Below are positions 19,798 through 29,566 of a stretch of DNA of 64,000 bases, piece after piece; within the stretch, counting starts at the first letter, position 1, and every line of letters begins with the position of its first letter. This stretch comes from Candidatus Palauibacter australiensis. GTDB taxonomy: Bacteria > Gemmatimonadota > Gemmatimonadetes > Palauibacterales > Palauibacteraceae. The stretch is taken from NCBI GenBank assembly GCA_026705295.1, contig JAPPBA010000155.1:670-64669 (forward strand), read 5' to 3'. The position numbers and the translations under genes were made by a program. Below the pieces are notes generated by a model. That model was not told the DNA's origin, did no database searches, and saw nothing but the letters and a program-made list of their open reading frames with translations.

Positions 19798-20430
19798 ATG
19801 CGTCTCCTGCTGTTCAGCGATCTCCACACCGATCTCGCGGCCGCCGCGTCGATCGTCGAGCGGGCCGCCGGCTTCGACGCGGTCGTCGGGGCCGGCGACC
19901 TCGCGGTCAAGCGGCGCGGCCTGGCCGGGATCGTCGAAGTCCTGGCCGCGATCGAGACCCCCACCGTCCTCGTGCCCGGAAACGGCGAGTCCGCCGAGGA
20001 ACTCTCCGCGGCGTGCCAAGGCTGGCCGGCGGCCCACGTCCTGCACGGAGACGGCGTCGACATCGGCGGCGTGCCCTTCTTCGGTCTCGGCGGCGGCGTG
20101 CCGGTGACCCCCTTCGGCCCGTGGAGCTACGACTTCACGGAAGACGAAGCGCGGGACCTCCTCGCGCCGTGCCCCGCGGGCGCCGTCCTCGTATCCCACT
20201 CCCCCCCGCTCGGCCACGCCGACGCCGACGCGTCGGGTCGCCACATGGGCAGCACCGCGGTACTGGAAGCCATCGAACGCACCCGCCCCCGCCTCGTCGT
20301 CTGCGGCCACATCCACGGCTCATGGGGCGTCCGCTCCCGGGCCGGAGACACCCCGATCGTCAACGCCGGCCCCGCAGGCGCGGAGTGGCGTATCGAAAGT
20401 CGCGGAATGCCCGGAAACCCTGTAGATTAG
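19798..20430 (+). CDS. metallophosphoesterase family protein
   Basis: MRLLLFSDLHTD...GAGDL...VPGNGE...VSHSPP...VCGHIHG are calcineurin-like phosphoesterase metal-ligand motifs. Confidence 0.85.
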   Translation: MRLLLFSDLHTDLAAAASIVERAAGFDAVVGAGDLAVKRRGLAGIVEVLAAIETPTVLVPGNGESAEELSAACQGWPAAHVLHGDGVDIGGVPFFGLGGGVPVTPFGPWSYDFTEDEARDLLAPCPAGAVLVSHSPPLGHADADASGRHMGSTAVLEAIERTRPRLVVCGHIHGSWGVRSRAGDTPIVNAGPAGAEWRIESRGMPGNPVD

Positions 20431-20523
20431 CGGGTCTTACCGAGTGCGGCCGGGCTCCTCCGGAGCTGCCTGTGGCCGCCGCGTCCTCGAGGATCTCGAA
20501 CACGCCAGTTCCAGCGGGAATCC

Positions 20524-23040
20524 ATGACCACCGAGAGTATAGAACGCGTCGAGCAGAGACCGCTCGAAGAAGAGATGCGCGAATCGTTCATCGACTACTC
20601 GATGAGCGTGATCGTGCAGCGCGCCCTCCCCGACGTTCGCGACGGCCTGAAGCCGGTCCACCGGCGGATCCTGTACGCGATGCACGAGGCGGGCCTCGGC
20701 CCGACCCGGCCCTACCGGAAGAGCGCCACCGTCGTCGGCGACGTGATCGGCAAGTACCACCCGCACGGCGACTCGGCTGTCTACGATTCGCTCGTCCGTA
20801 TGGCGCAGGAGTTTTCGCTCCGCTACCCGCTCGTCGACGGGCAGGGCAACTTCGGGTCCGTGGACGGTGACTCCGCCGCGGCCTACCGGTACACGGAGGC
20901 CCGGCTGGCCGGATTCGCCAGCGAGCTTCTGGGGGACATCGACAAGGAGACGGTCGACCACACGCCGAACTTCGATGATCGGCTTCAGGAGCCGACCGTC
21001 CTGCCCTCGGCGCTCCCCAACCTCCTCGTCAACGGATCGTCGGGCATCGCCGTCGGCATGGCCACGAACATCCCCCCGCACAATCTCCGCGAGGTGGCCG
21101 CTGCCTGTCACCGCCTCATCGAGGCGCCCGACACGACGCTCGACGAGTTGATGGAGATCGTCCGGGGCCCCGACTTCCCCACCGGGGGCGCGATCTTTGG
21201 CGGGGCCGGGATCCGCGAAGCCTACCGGCAGGGCCGCGGACGGGTCGTGATGCGCGCGAAGGCGGATATCGAGGAGGGACGGGACGGCCGCGACCGCATC
21301 ATCATCCGCGAGATCCCCTTCATGGTGAACAAGACCCGGCTCATCGAGCAGATCGCGGGTCTCGTGCGCGACAAGAAGGTCACGGACATCTCCGACCTGC
21401 GCGACGAGTCCGACCGCGACGGGATCCGGGTCGTCATCGAACTGAAACGCGACGCAGTGCCGCAGATCGTCCTGAACCAGCTCTTCAAGGGTACGCAACT
21501 CCAGTCCACCTTCGGCGTCATCATGCTCGCGCTCGTCGGCGGCGAGCCGCAGGTGATGGACCTCAAGACGATGCTCGGGCACTTCCTCGAGCACCGGCAC
21601 GAGGTGGTGGAGCGGCGGACGCGCTTCGAGTACGGGGTGGCGAAGGACCGGGAACACGTCCTCGAGGGGCTCAAGGTCGCGGTCGACAACATCGACGAAG
21701 TCATCCGCATCATCCGCGCCTCCGCCGAGACCGAGGTCGCGCGCGCGGAACTCCGGTCAGTCTTCGATCTCAGCGAACGCCAGGCCGACGCGATCCTGAA
21801 CATGCGGCTCGCGCGCCTCACGGGACTCGAGATCGAGAAACTCGAGGAGGAACTGGAGAAGGTGCGCGCGCGCCGGCAGGAACTCGAGGCCATCCTCGCC
21901 TCGCGCGCCCGGCGGATGGAGATCGTCGGGGATGAGCTGTCGGCTCTCGTAGACAAGTTCGGGGATGAGCGCCGCACCGAGATCGTGCCCGACACCTCGG
22001 ACCTCACGGACGAGGACCTCATCGCCGAAGAGCGGATGGTCATCACCGTCTCGCACTCCGGCTACATCAAGCGCATCGAGCCCCAGGTCTACCGGGCGCA
22101 GCGGCGCGGCGGGCGCGGGATCGCGGGCATGGGCACGAAGGAAGAGGACTGGGTGGAGCACCTCTTCCTCGCCTCGACCCACGACTATCTCCTCATCTTC
22201 ACGACCGCGGGCCGCATGTACTGGCTCAAGGTGTACCAGATCCCGCTCGCACGCCGGACGGCGCGCGGGAAACCGATCGTGAACCTGCTGAGGATGGAGA
22301 AGGGCGAGAAAATCGCCTCCATCGTCAGGGCGCGCGAGTTCTCCGCCGACCGCTTCCTCATCTTCGCCACCCGCCGGGGCCTCGTGAAGAAGACGAGCCT
22401 CGCCGCGTATCGGAACGTCCGGGCGCCGGGTCTGCGCGCCATCAACATCCTCGAGGACGACCGGCTCATCGATGTGAAGCTGAGCGATGGCGCGAACGAT
22501 GTGATCCTCGCGACGCGCCGCGGGAGGGCGATCCGGTTTTCGGAAGGAGGCATACGAGAGGTTGGACGCGTCGCTCAGGGTGTGCGCGGCATCAGGCTCA
22601 AGGGGCGGGACACCGTCGTCGCGATGGTGGTCGCGCGGCGGGGCGGTTCCCTGTTGACCGCGACGCAATTGGGGATGGGCAAGCGCAGCGATGTGGATGA
22701 CTATCGGATCACGCACCGCGGGGGGCAGGGTGTGATCAACCTCAAGCCGACGGACAAATCCGGCCTGGTCGCGGCCGTGCGAGAGGTAACGGACGACGAC
22801 GAGCTGATGTTCGTGACCCGGAACGGAGTCATCAATCGGCAGCAGGCGGAGGGAATCCGGGTAATCGGACGCGCCACGCAAGGGATGCGGCTGGTCGCGC
22901 TCGATGAAGGAGATGAACTCGTGGACGTTGCGTGCCTGATCGATCCGATCGGAACGGATCCCGCGGCGGACGATCCTGCGGAAGCCGACGCTCTTGACGG
23001 CGCCGAAGTCGAGGCCGGCGACGTCGAGGACACCGAGTGA
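20524..23040 (+). CDS. gyrA: DNA gyrase subunit A
   Basis: [32 protein letters not shown]...[11 protein letters not shown] includes the active-site Tyr region. The C-terminal beta-pinwheel repeats and an acidic tail are present. Confidence 0.97.
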   Translation: MTTESIERVEQRPLEEEMRESFIDYSMSVIVQRALPDVRDGLKPVHRRILYAMHEAGLGPTRPYRKSATVVGDVIGKYHPHGDSAVYDSLVRMAQEFSLRYPLVDGQGNFGSVDGDSAAAYRYTEARLAGFASELLGDIDKETVDHTPNFDDRLQEPTVLPSALPNLLVNGSSGIAVGMATNIPPHNLREVAAACHRLIEAPDTTLDELMEIVRGPDFPTGGAIFGGAGIREAYRQGRGRVVMRAKADIEEGRDGRDRIIIREIPFMVNKTRLIEQIAGLVRDKKVTDISDLRDESDRDGIRVVIELKRDAVPQIVLNQLFKGTQLQSTFGVIMLALVGGEPQVMDLKTMLGHFLEHRHEVVERRTRFEYGVAKDREHVLEGLKVAVDNIDEVIRIIRASAETEVARAELRSVFDLSERQADAILNMRLARLTGLEIEKLEEELEKVRARRQELEAILASRARRMEIVGDELSALVDKFGDERRTEIVPDTSDLTDEDLIAEERMVITVSHSGYIKRIEPQVYRAQRRGGRGIAGMGTKEEDWVEHLFLASTHDYLLIFTTAGRMYWLKVYQIPLARRTARGKPIVNLLRMEKGEKIASIVRAREFSADRFLIFATRRGLVKKTSLAAYRNVRAPGLRAINILEDDRLIDVKLSDGANDVILATRRGRAIRFSEGGIREVGRVAQGVRGIRLKGRDTVVAMVVARRGGSLLTATQLGMGKRSDVDDYRITHRGGQGVINLKPTDKSGLVAAVREVTDDDELMFVTRNGVINRQQAEGIRVIGRATQGMRLVALDEGDELVDVACLIDPIGTDPAADDPAEADALDGAEVEAGDVEDTE

Positions 23041-24035
23041 GCGGCGCTACCGCGACCCTCGTTTCACTCGCCGACGTCGAGGCCGCGCACGAGCGGATTC
23101 GCGGCGCGGTTCGGCGCACGCCCCTTATCCCCGCCCCGTTCCCGCGGGCGGACGGGCGCGGGGCGACCGACGCGCCTGACGGCGTGTGGCTGAAGTGCGA
23201 GAACCTCCAGCGCGTCTCCGCCTTCAAGGCGCGTGGCGCGTACAACTACGTGAGCCGGCTCTCGCCGGAAGCGCGGGCCGCGGGGCTCCTCACCTACTCG
23301 TCGGGCAATCACGCGCAGGCCGTGGCGTGGGCCGCCCGCGCGTTCGCGGTGCCGGCGCGGATCGTGATGCCCGTCGATGCCCCCGACGTGAAACGCGAGG
23401 CGACGATCGCCCTCGGGGCGGAGGTCGAACTCGAGGGCACGACGTCGGCTGAGCGCAAGGCGCGCGCCGAGCAGATTCAGCGGGAAGTCGGCGGGACGAT
23501 GGTGCCGCCCTTCGACGACCCCGACATCATCGCGGGGCAGGGGACCGTGGCGCTCGAGATCATCGAGCAACTCGGCTCCCGCGAACCGGGGATGGTGCTG
23601 GCGCCGATCGGCGGCGGCGGGCAACTGTCGGGCGTCGCGGCCGCGGTGCGGCGCCGCTGCCCGGAGGCCGAGGTGATCGGCGTCGAGCCCGAGGGGGCGG
23701 CCTCGATGCTGCGCTCGCTTGAGCACGGCGCGCCCGTCACGCTCGACCGTGTGTCCACGGTCGCCGACGGCCTCAAGCCGGTCCGCCCCGGCGATCTCAC
23801 CTTCGCCCACTGCCGCGACCTGGTGGACCGCGTCATCACCGTCGACGACGAGGCGATCCGGGACGCCGTCCGCTGGCTCTTCGGCCTGCGGCTGGTGGTG
23901 GAGCCCTCCGGCGCGGCCACGGTGGCGGCGCTGCTCAACGGCGCGGTGGCGCCCGCGGAGCGGGGGGAGACCGTGGCGGTCCTGTCCGGCGGCAACATCG
24001 AGCCCGCGCTCCTCGCGGAGTGGATCGGCGGTTGA
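23037..24035 (+). CDS. PLP-dependent threonine/serine dehydratase (short form, no ACT domain)
   Basis: PLP-lysine motif [17 protein letters not shown], a glycine loop GGGGQLSG, and a length of about 330 aa. It shares a GTGA overlap with the gyrA stop. Confidence 0.85.
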   Translation: MSGATATLVSLADVEAAHERIRGAVRRTPLIPAPFPRADGRGATDAPDGVWLKCENLQRVSAFKARGAYNYVSRLSPEARAAGLLTYSSGNHAQAVAWAARAFAVPARIVMPVDAPDVKREATIALGAEVELEGTTSAERKARAEQIQREVGGTMVPPFDDPDIIAGQGTVALEIIEQLGSREPGMVLAPIGGGGQLSGVAAAVRRRCPEAEVIGVEPEGAASMLRSLEHGAPVTLDRVSTVADGLKPVRPGDLTFAHCRDLVDRVITVDDEAIRDAVRWLFGLRLVVEPSGAATVAALLNGAVAPAERGETVAVLSGGNIEPALLAEWIGG

Positions 24036-24754
24036 CCGCCTCCAACGGGACTCCGGGATGTGCTGCGCAGCTCGTATTGTTCGACATCGACGGGACGCTG
24101 GTGCACGCGGCGGGGGTCGGCCGCGCGGCCATCGAGGGCGCGATGATCGAGGTATACGGGACGCCCGGTCCCATCGACGATCTCCCCTTCGACGGGATGA
24201 CCGACCCGCAGATCGTGCGCACGCTCCTCCGCGCCGAAGGCCTGTCCGAAGCAGAGATCGCGCCGGGGTTCGACCGGCTGTGGCCCGCGTACGCCGCCCG
24301 GCTGGAGGACGAGATCGACGAGCGGCGCGAACGGATGCGCCCGACGCCCGGCGTTCCCGAGATCCTCGACGCGCTCGAGGCGGAGGGGGCGGCGCTCGGG
24401 CTCCTGACGGGCAATATCGTCGCCGGCGCCGAGGGGAAGCTTTCGGCGGTCGGGCTCTGGAGCCGCTTTCCGTTCGGCGCCTTCGGGTGCGACGACGCGG
24501 ACCGGAACCGCCTGCCGCCCATCGCGCTCGAGCGGGCCTTCCGCCACACGGGAACGCGCTACGGCCCCGGCCGCACATGGATCATCGGGGACACCCCGCA
24601 CGACATCGAGTGCGCCCGCAGGTCCGGCCTGTCCGTGCTCGGCGTGGCCACCGGACGCTTCTCCGTCGACGACCTCCGCCGGGCCGGCGCCGACGAAGCC
24701 CTTCCTGATCTCCGGGACACCCGCCGCGTGATGTCGGTCCTGGCGAGCGCATGA
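24020..24754 (+). CDS. HAD-superfamily hydrolase (phosphoglycolate phosphatase-like)
   Basis: Motif I is LFDIDGTLV and motif IV is WIIGDTPHDIECARRSG. The start is GTG 24020 or TTG 24032, and either overlaps the upstream gene end. Confidence 0.8.
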   Translation: MDRRLTASNGTPGCAAQLVLFDIDGTLVHAAGVGRAAIEGAMIEVYGTPGPIDDLPFDGMTDPQIVRTLLRAEGLSEAEIAPGFDRLWPAYAARLEDEIDERRERMRPTPGVPEILDALEAEGAALGLLTGNIVAGAEGKLSAVGLWSRFPFGAFGCDDADRNRLPPIALERAFRHTGTRYGPGRTWIIGDTPHDIECARRSGLSVLGVATGRFSVDDLRRAGADEALPDLRDTRRVMSVLASA

Positions 24755-26184
24755 ACCGGAGCCCGAAACGCGACCCGAGGGCGTATCGATTCGACGTCCA
24801 CCTCGGGGGCGAGCAGGTGCGGTCGCAGGTCTCGGTTGTCTGCACGCCGGCCGGAATTCACTTCGAGGACCGGCAGATTCCGCTCGCGTCCGTCTTCTGG
24901 GTCTCGAGGCGGGCCGGCCTCATTCTCGTCTTCGCCCGCCGGCACACCGTCGCCTTCTTTGGGGAGAGCGGAGACCTGGAGGACTTCGCCCGCACCGTGG
25001 AACGGGGTAGCGACGTGGCGGGCCGCCGAGCCCTCCTCCGGCCGTTGGCCGCTGACGTCGTCGTGTGTACGGCGGGCACCGAGATCGCGGGCAGGATCGG
25101 CGACGCGCCCCTCGAGGGACTCTACCTCGCGGTGTTCACGAGGCGGGGGCTTCATCTCTTCGCCGAAGAACACGAGTACACCTTGCGCTGGCCGACCGAG
25201 CACGCGGCCGAAGCCGCCGCCGACGCCCACGGGGATGGTCGCCCCATCCTCGAACTCGCCAAGGGGGATGCGTCCTTCGAGGTGCGCTATCTCTTCCCGG
25301 AGGAAATCCGCGCCATCGTCGAGGTTGCCGGCACCGTCCCGGCGCCTCCCGACACCGACACCGCCTTGGAGATGTTCGACAAGGGGGAAGTTGCGCGTCC
25401 GGTGCGGGCGCGCCTGCCCGATTTCTCCGTGGGCGCGGACACGCTGCAACGGGTGACCGAGGCGGCGGTCGACCGCGTGCGGATCGACCCTTCGATCGGG
25501 GAGAGCTTCGATCGACGCTACTTCGAGCGACACTTCCGGACGCTCGGCGAGATCGCGCTGGGCCCCCTCATGCTGCGGCGCTCCGCCGCGCTCGAAGCCG
25601 ACTCCGTCGCCGGCGCCGTTCAGGCGATGGACGCGGAGCAGATGCGGCAGGACGCCACCGCCGCGTTTCGCGGTGTCACGGACGAGTTGATACGAGTGTA
25701 CACCGCTGAGGTAGAGGCGGTCGTCAGGACCAGGCGTCTCGACCGGGACAAGGGCGAGAAGGCGCTGGCCGCGGCGGAGGAACCCGCTCTGCGGGACGCG
25801 ATGTCGAAGCACATCGACGCCCTGAAGCCCGCGTTCGACACCGCGCTGGCCCGGCAGCAGCTCCTCCTGCAGCAGTTGCACGCGCGCGATCTCGCCCCGC
25901 CGGAGGCGGAGGAAGCGAGCGTCGAGGAGGCGATCCAGGCCTGGACGGACGAGGTGATGAAGCTGGACCGGGGATACGTCTCCGCGGCCGCCGCGGCGCT
26001 CCTCGAAATCGGGGCCCTGTGGTCCGATCGCATGATTCCCGGCCTCCGGGCGCTGGCAGCCCTTCGCGCCCGACGCTTGTCGAAGCGGAGCCGATGGGCG
26101 ATTCTCGCGATAGTGATGTTCTTCGTCGCTGCCGCGCTGGCCTGGCTGGCCCGGGACCTGATCCCTGGCTGGCCCGGGATCTGA
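24751..26184 (+). CDS. hypothetical protein, N-terminal repeated PH/GRAM-like segments, helical middle, C-terminal TM anchor
   Basis: 477 aa with normal composition. It shares an ATGA overlap with the HAD gene. The C-terminal WAILAIVMFFVAAALAWLA is a TM helix. I recognise no family. Confidence 0.6.
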   Translation: MNRSPKRDPRAYRFDVHLGGEQVRSQVSVVCTPAGIHFEDRQIPLASVFWVSRRAGLILVFARRHTVAFFGESGDLEDFARTVERGSDVAGRRALLRPLAADVVVCTAGTEIAGRIGDAPLEGLYLAVFTRRGLHLFAEEHEYTLRWPTEHAAEAAADAHGDGRPILELAKGDASFEVRYLFPEEIRAIVEVAGTVPAPPDTDTALEMFDKGEVARPVRARLPDFSVGADTLQRVTEAAVDRVRIDPSIGESFDRRYFERHFRTLGEIALGPLMLRRSAALEADSVAGAVQAMDAEQMRQDATAAFRGVTDELIRVYTAEVEAVVRTRRLDRDKGEKALAAAEEPALRDAMSKHIDALKPAFDTALARQQLLLQQLHARDLAPPEAEEASVEEAIQAWTDEVMKLDRGYVSAAAAALLEIGALWSDRMIPGLRALAALRARRLSKRSRWAILAIVMFFVAAALAWLARDLIPGWPGI

Positions 26185-26206
26185 ATCAGGACAGGGAGTA
26201 CGACAG

Positions 26207-26971
26207 ATGGCAAGGAAGATGGCACAGCAGACGAGCGCTCCCGCGCGCAAAAACCGGTGGTTCCCGATCGCCTTGGTCGTCGTCGTGGCTGCTGGCGGAT
26301 ACTGGCTTTTCGTGGGGGGCGGACAAAGTAGCTCGGGTCCGCCGCCAACCCCGGCCGAGTTGGCCGAAGTGCTTGCCGCGGCAGACGCGGATCCCGCGGT
26401 CGGCTACGAGTTGGCGGAGTCGGCGCCGGTCACGATCGAGGAGTTCTACGATCCGTCGTGTCCCGCCTGCGCGCAGTTCTCGGGCTTCCACGGCAAGCTC
26501 CTGCGGCAGAACTACGTCGAGCCGGCCAACGGCCCGGTGCGCTGGGTTGCGTACACCATCATTCTCGGCACCTTCCCCAACTCGATCGCCGCGGCGCTGG
26601 CCGAGCGCTGCGCGAACGAGCAGGGTCTGTATTGGCCCGTACACGACCTGCTGCTCGCTCGCCAGACGCGCTGGTACCTGGAACAGGATCCCGCCGGCGC
26701 GATCGCCGAAATCGCCCGGGACGGGGGCGTCGACGCCGACACCTTCAACGAGTGCATGCGTGAGCGCCGCTACCTCGACGACGTCGCCAAGTCGCAGCGG
26801 GTCGCCGAGTCGCGGGGCGTGAACTCCACCCCCACGATTTTCGTGGACGGAGAGCGCGTGAACTGGCAGGGCGCGGACCCGTACACGTTCCTGGAGGGGA
26901 TGATCCGGAGCCGGTTGGAGGAGCTGTCCTCCGGGAGCGATGCCTCGGAGAGTGGTCAGGGAGCGCCGTAA
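26207..26971 (+). CDS. DsbA-family thiol:disulfide oxidoreductase (membrane-anchored)
   Basis: It has an N-terminal TM anchor (WFPIALVVVVAAGGYWLFV), the thioredoxin-fold active site FYDPSCPACAQF (CPAC), and a C-terminal GVNSTPTIFVDG. Confidence 0.85.
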   Translation: MARKMAQQTSAPARKNRWFPIALVVVVAAGGYWLFVGGGQSSSGPPPTPAELAEVLAAADADPAVGYELAESAPVTIEEFYDPSCPACAQFSGFHGKLLRQNYVEPANGPVRWVAYTIILGTFPNSIAAALAERCANEQGLYWPVHDLLLARQTRWYLEQDPAGAIAEIARDGGVDADTFNECMRERRYLDDVAKSQRVAESRGVNSTPTIFVDGERVNWQGADPYTFLEGMIRSRLEELSSGSDASESGQGAP

Positions 26972-26974
26972 CCC

Positions 26975-27415
26975 ATGAGCGAACTGAACCGGCGCCGGGG
27001 GATCGCGCTCCTGGCGCTGGCCGGCGCCTTCCTCTCCACCTACCTCTTCCTCTACGCGCTCGGCTACTACGGCGAACTCGTGTGCGGCGCGGGCGGCGGC
27101 TGCGATCTGGTACAGGGGTCGCGCTGGGCCCGCTTCCTCGGATTCCCCGTGGCGGGCTGGGGCGTGGGCTGGTACGTGGCCGTGTTCGGCGTCTCGATGC
27201 TGGGGACCCGGGACGGCATCGGCGCCGCCGGCTGGATCCCGCGCGCGCTGGCCCTGCTCGCCCTGGGCGGACTCGCCTTCACGATCTACCTGACGGCCCT
27301 CGAACTGTGGGTCATCCACGCCATCTGCCGCTGGTGCGTCGGCAGCGCCGTCATCACCCTCGGAATCTTCCTCCTCACCCTCCCCGAGTTCCGAGCGCTC
27401 CGCCGCTCGACCTGA
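26975..27415 (+). CDS. vitamin K epoxide reductase (VKOR) family protein
   Basis: 4 TM segments, a loop Cys pair (CGAGGGC), and the active-site CRWC (HAICRWCVGSAV). It starts 3 nt after the DsbA gene. Confidence 0.85.
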   Translation: MSELNRRRGIALLALAGAFLSTYLFLYALGYYGELVCGAGGGCDLVQGSRWARFLGFPVAGWGVGWYVAVFGVSMLGTRDGIGAAGWIPRALALLALGGLAFTIYLTALELWVIHAICRWCVGSAVITLGIFLLTLPEFRALRRST

Positions 27416-27430
27416 CGCGCCCGAGCCGGG

Positions 27431-28372
27431 TTAGGAACCGGGGGGGCGGAGTTCGTTCCAGCGTTCGATGAAAGCGACGGCCGCGTCGACGAAGACCTCG
27501 GTGGCGATGCGGCCGCGTTCGACCGTGGCTTCGGCCGGATGGCGCGTGCCCCACACGCCCGTGGAGGACATCTCCGCGGACGAGGTGCCCTTGCCCGTCG
27601 ACTCGTCCTTGAGTCCCTCGGCGAGGAACACGGCGAGCGCCGTCGGGTCGCCGGCCAGCACGTCGGGCAGCATCGCCTCCAGGTGGGCCGGCATCGTGAC
27701 CTCCGCCGGGACCGCCGCGTCGATGTCCACCAGCGTCGGCATGAGATAGAGGGAGCTCGAGGTCTCGGGCGTCCCGCCGTGCCGGTCGAGTTCGTCCGGC
27801 GGCGGCGTCGGAACGGAGGCCATCCGGTCCCGATCCCGGAAGCGTCCCGACACCGCGCCCAGGTCCACGGCGATCCCCGCCGTCTCCTGGTTGATGCGGT
27901 CCACGATGAACGTCGTGATGGCCCGGTTCCCCCCGTGCGCGTTCAGCATCAGGAAGCGCTTGAAGCCGTGCGCCATGAGGCTCTTCACGGCCTCGACGTA
28001 GACCTCCTGGATCAGGGTCGAGGGCAGGGTGATCGTCCCCTCGAACCCCATGTGATAGGGGGACTGTCCCGGCAGCAGGATCGGAGCCACGAGGACGTCC
28101 GCCCGCTGCGCCACAAGCTTCGCCTGCTCGACCCCGTTCAGGTAGTCGGTGCCGATCGGCAGGTGGTTGCCGTGCTGTTCCAGCGCGGCGACCGGGATCA
28201 GGACCATGTCGCTGCGCGCGAGAAAATCGCGCACCTCCGGCACGGTCATGTGCGGCAGGTAGTTCTTCACCTTCTCCTGCGTCCACAGCGGGTTCGTCTG
28301 CGCGGACGCCGCCGGAGCGAGGAAGAAGAGGAAGACCAGCGAAAGCGGCGAGACGGGCAGGGACCGTCGCAT
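27431..28372 (-). CDS. creatininase-family amidohydrolase with N-terminal signal peptide
   Basis: IPVAALEQHGNHLPIGTD...MLNAHGGN are creatininase/MftE-type motifs. The N-terminus MRRSLPVSPLSLVFLFFLAPAASAQ looks like a Sec signal. Confidence 0.8.
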   Translation of the reverse strand: MRRSLPVSPLSLVFLFFLAPAASAQTNPLWTQEKVKNYLPHMTVPEVRDFLARSDMVLIPVAALEQHGNHLPIGTDYLNGVEQAKLVAQRADVLVAPILLPGQSPYHMGFEGTITLPSTLIQEVYVEAVKSLMAHGFKRFLMLNAHGGNRAITTFIVDRINQETAGIAVDLGAVSGRFRDRDRMASVPTPPPDELDRHGGTPETSSSLYLMPTLVDIDAAVPAEVTMPAHLEAMLPDVLAGDPTALAVFLAEGLKDESTGKGTSSAEMSSTGVWGTRHPAEATVERGRIATEVFVDAAVAFIERWNELRPPGS

Positions 28373-28412
28373 GGGACCTCTCCTGTCGTGCTGGTAGGCC
28401 CCCCGGAGGGTC

Positions 28413-29303
28413 TCAGGCGGTGGCGCGCCAGAACCCTTCCAGCGCCTCTCCGTCCGGCGAGGCGCGCAGCTTGTCGAAGGCCCGGTTTCGGATCTGCCGG
28501 ATGCGCTCGCGGGTCACGCCGAGGAGCGAACCGATCTCCTCCAGCGTCATCTCCTCGCCGTCGTCGAGGCCGTAGTAGAGGACGAGGATCTTCCGCTCGC
28601 GCTCGGTGAGGTAGCGCTCGAACATCTTCTCGAGGAACTCCCGGCGCGCCTGGTCCTCGACATCCTCCTCGATGTCCGCGTCGTCCATCCCCGAAAAACG
28701 CTCGCCGAAGGACGCGCTGTCGCGGTCGGACTTGTCGAGCGGCGCGTCGAGGCTGAGTTCGGCGGAGGCCACGCGCCGCAGCGCCCGCACCGTCTCCACC
28801 GGCTCCTCCATCTCCTCGGCGATCTCACGGTCCGTCGGCGAGCGCCCCAGCTTCTGCGTGAGCGCCGTCTCCGTCCGGGAGAGCTTGACGAGGTTGGAGT
28901 TCTGGTTCAGCGGGATGCGCACCGAGCGGGTCTGCTCGGCCAGCGCCTGGAGCACCGTCTGCCGAATCCACCACACCGCGTAGGAGATGAACTTCACGCC
29001 CTTGTCGGGATCGAACTTCTTGACGGCCTTGAGCAGACCCTCGTTCCCGATGCAGACGAGTTCGGCCAGGTTGAGCCCCCGGCCCTGGTACTTCTTCACA
29101 TACGAGATCACGAAGCGCAGGTTCGCCGTGACGAGGCGCTCCGCCGCGTGACGGTCGCCCGCCCGCGCCTTCCGGGCGATCTCCCGCTCGATCTGCGGGT
29201 TCTCGATGAGCGGATAACGCTCGACATCCTGCAGATACTGGTCGAACGAGTCGAGCGCGTGCGTGTCGAAGAACATGCGTCGGCCGGTAGCCGTCTTCGC
29301 CAT
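28413..29303 (-). CDS. RNA polymerase sigma-70 factor, short RpoD-like form without region 1.1
   Basis: ORF trimmed to the ATG at 29303 (MAKTATGRRMFFD...). Regions 2-4 are present: LVTANLRFVISYVKKYQGRGLNLAELVCIGNEGLLKAVKKFDPDKGVKFISYAVWWIRQTVLQALAEQ and TLEEIGSLLGVTRERIRQI. Length is 296 aa. Confidence 0.9.
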   Translation of the reverse strand: MAKTATGRRMFFDTHALDSFDQYLQDVERYPLIENPQIEREIARKARAGDRHAAERLVTANLRFVISYVKKYQGRGLNLAELVCIGNEGLLKAVKKFDPDKGVKFISYAVWWIRQTVLQALAEQTRSVRIPLNQNSNLVKLSRTETALTQKLGRSPTDREIAEEMEEPVETVRALRRVASAELSLDAPLDKSDRDSASFGERFSGMDDADIEEDVEDQARREFLEKMFERYLTERERKILVLYYGLDDGEEMTLEEIGSLLGVTRERIRQIRNRAFDKLRASPDGEALEGFWRATA

Positions 29304-29406
29304 ATGAAATCCGAATCCTGACCCGGGTCGGTTGTCCGATCGCTCTTGATACAAACTTGAAATGATAGAGGAAATTGGAGCGAGCCGCACCTTTTCCCGA
29401 CTGCTT

Positions 29407-29559
29407 CTACCCCGAACCCCCCGCTCCGGCTCCCTCGCCGCCCCGGCCCGAAGCCGCGGCCGCCGCGCGTTCCCGGCGTCGCAGGCGGAGGAGATACCAG
29501 CACAGGGTGACCCAGGTGATGCCGTATCCGGCGCCGATGAACAGCCAGTGTTCGTTCAT
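29407..29559 (-). CDS. ccmD: heme exporter protein CcmD (50 aa, below the ORF-track cutoff)
   Basis: Manual translation gives MNEHWLFIGAGYGITWVTLCWYLLRLRRRERAAAAASGRGGEGAGAGGSG. It has a single TM followed by an Arg-rich stretch and starts 8 nt after the ccmC stop. Confidence 0.7.
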   Translation of the reverse strand: MNEHWLFIGAGYGITWVTLCWYLLRLRRRERAAAAASGRGGEGAGAGGSG

Positions 29560-29566
29560 ACCCGGT

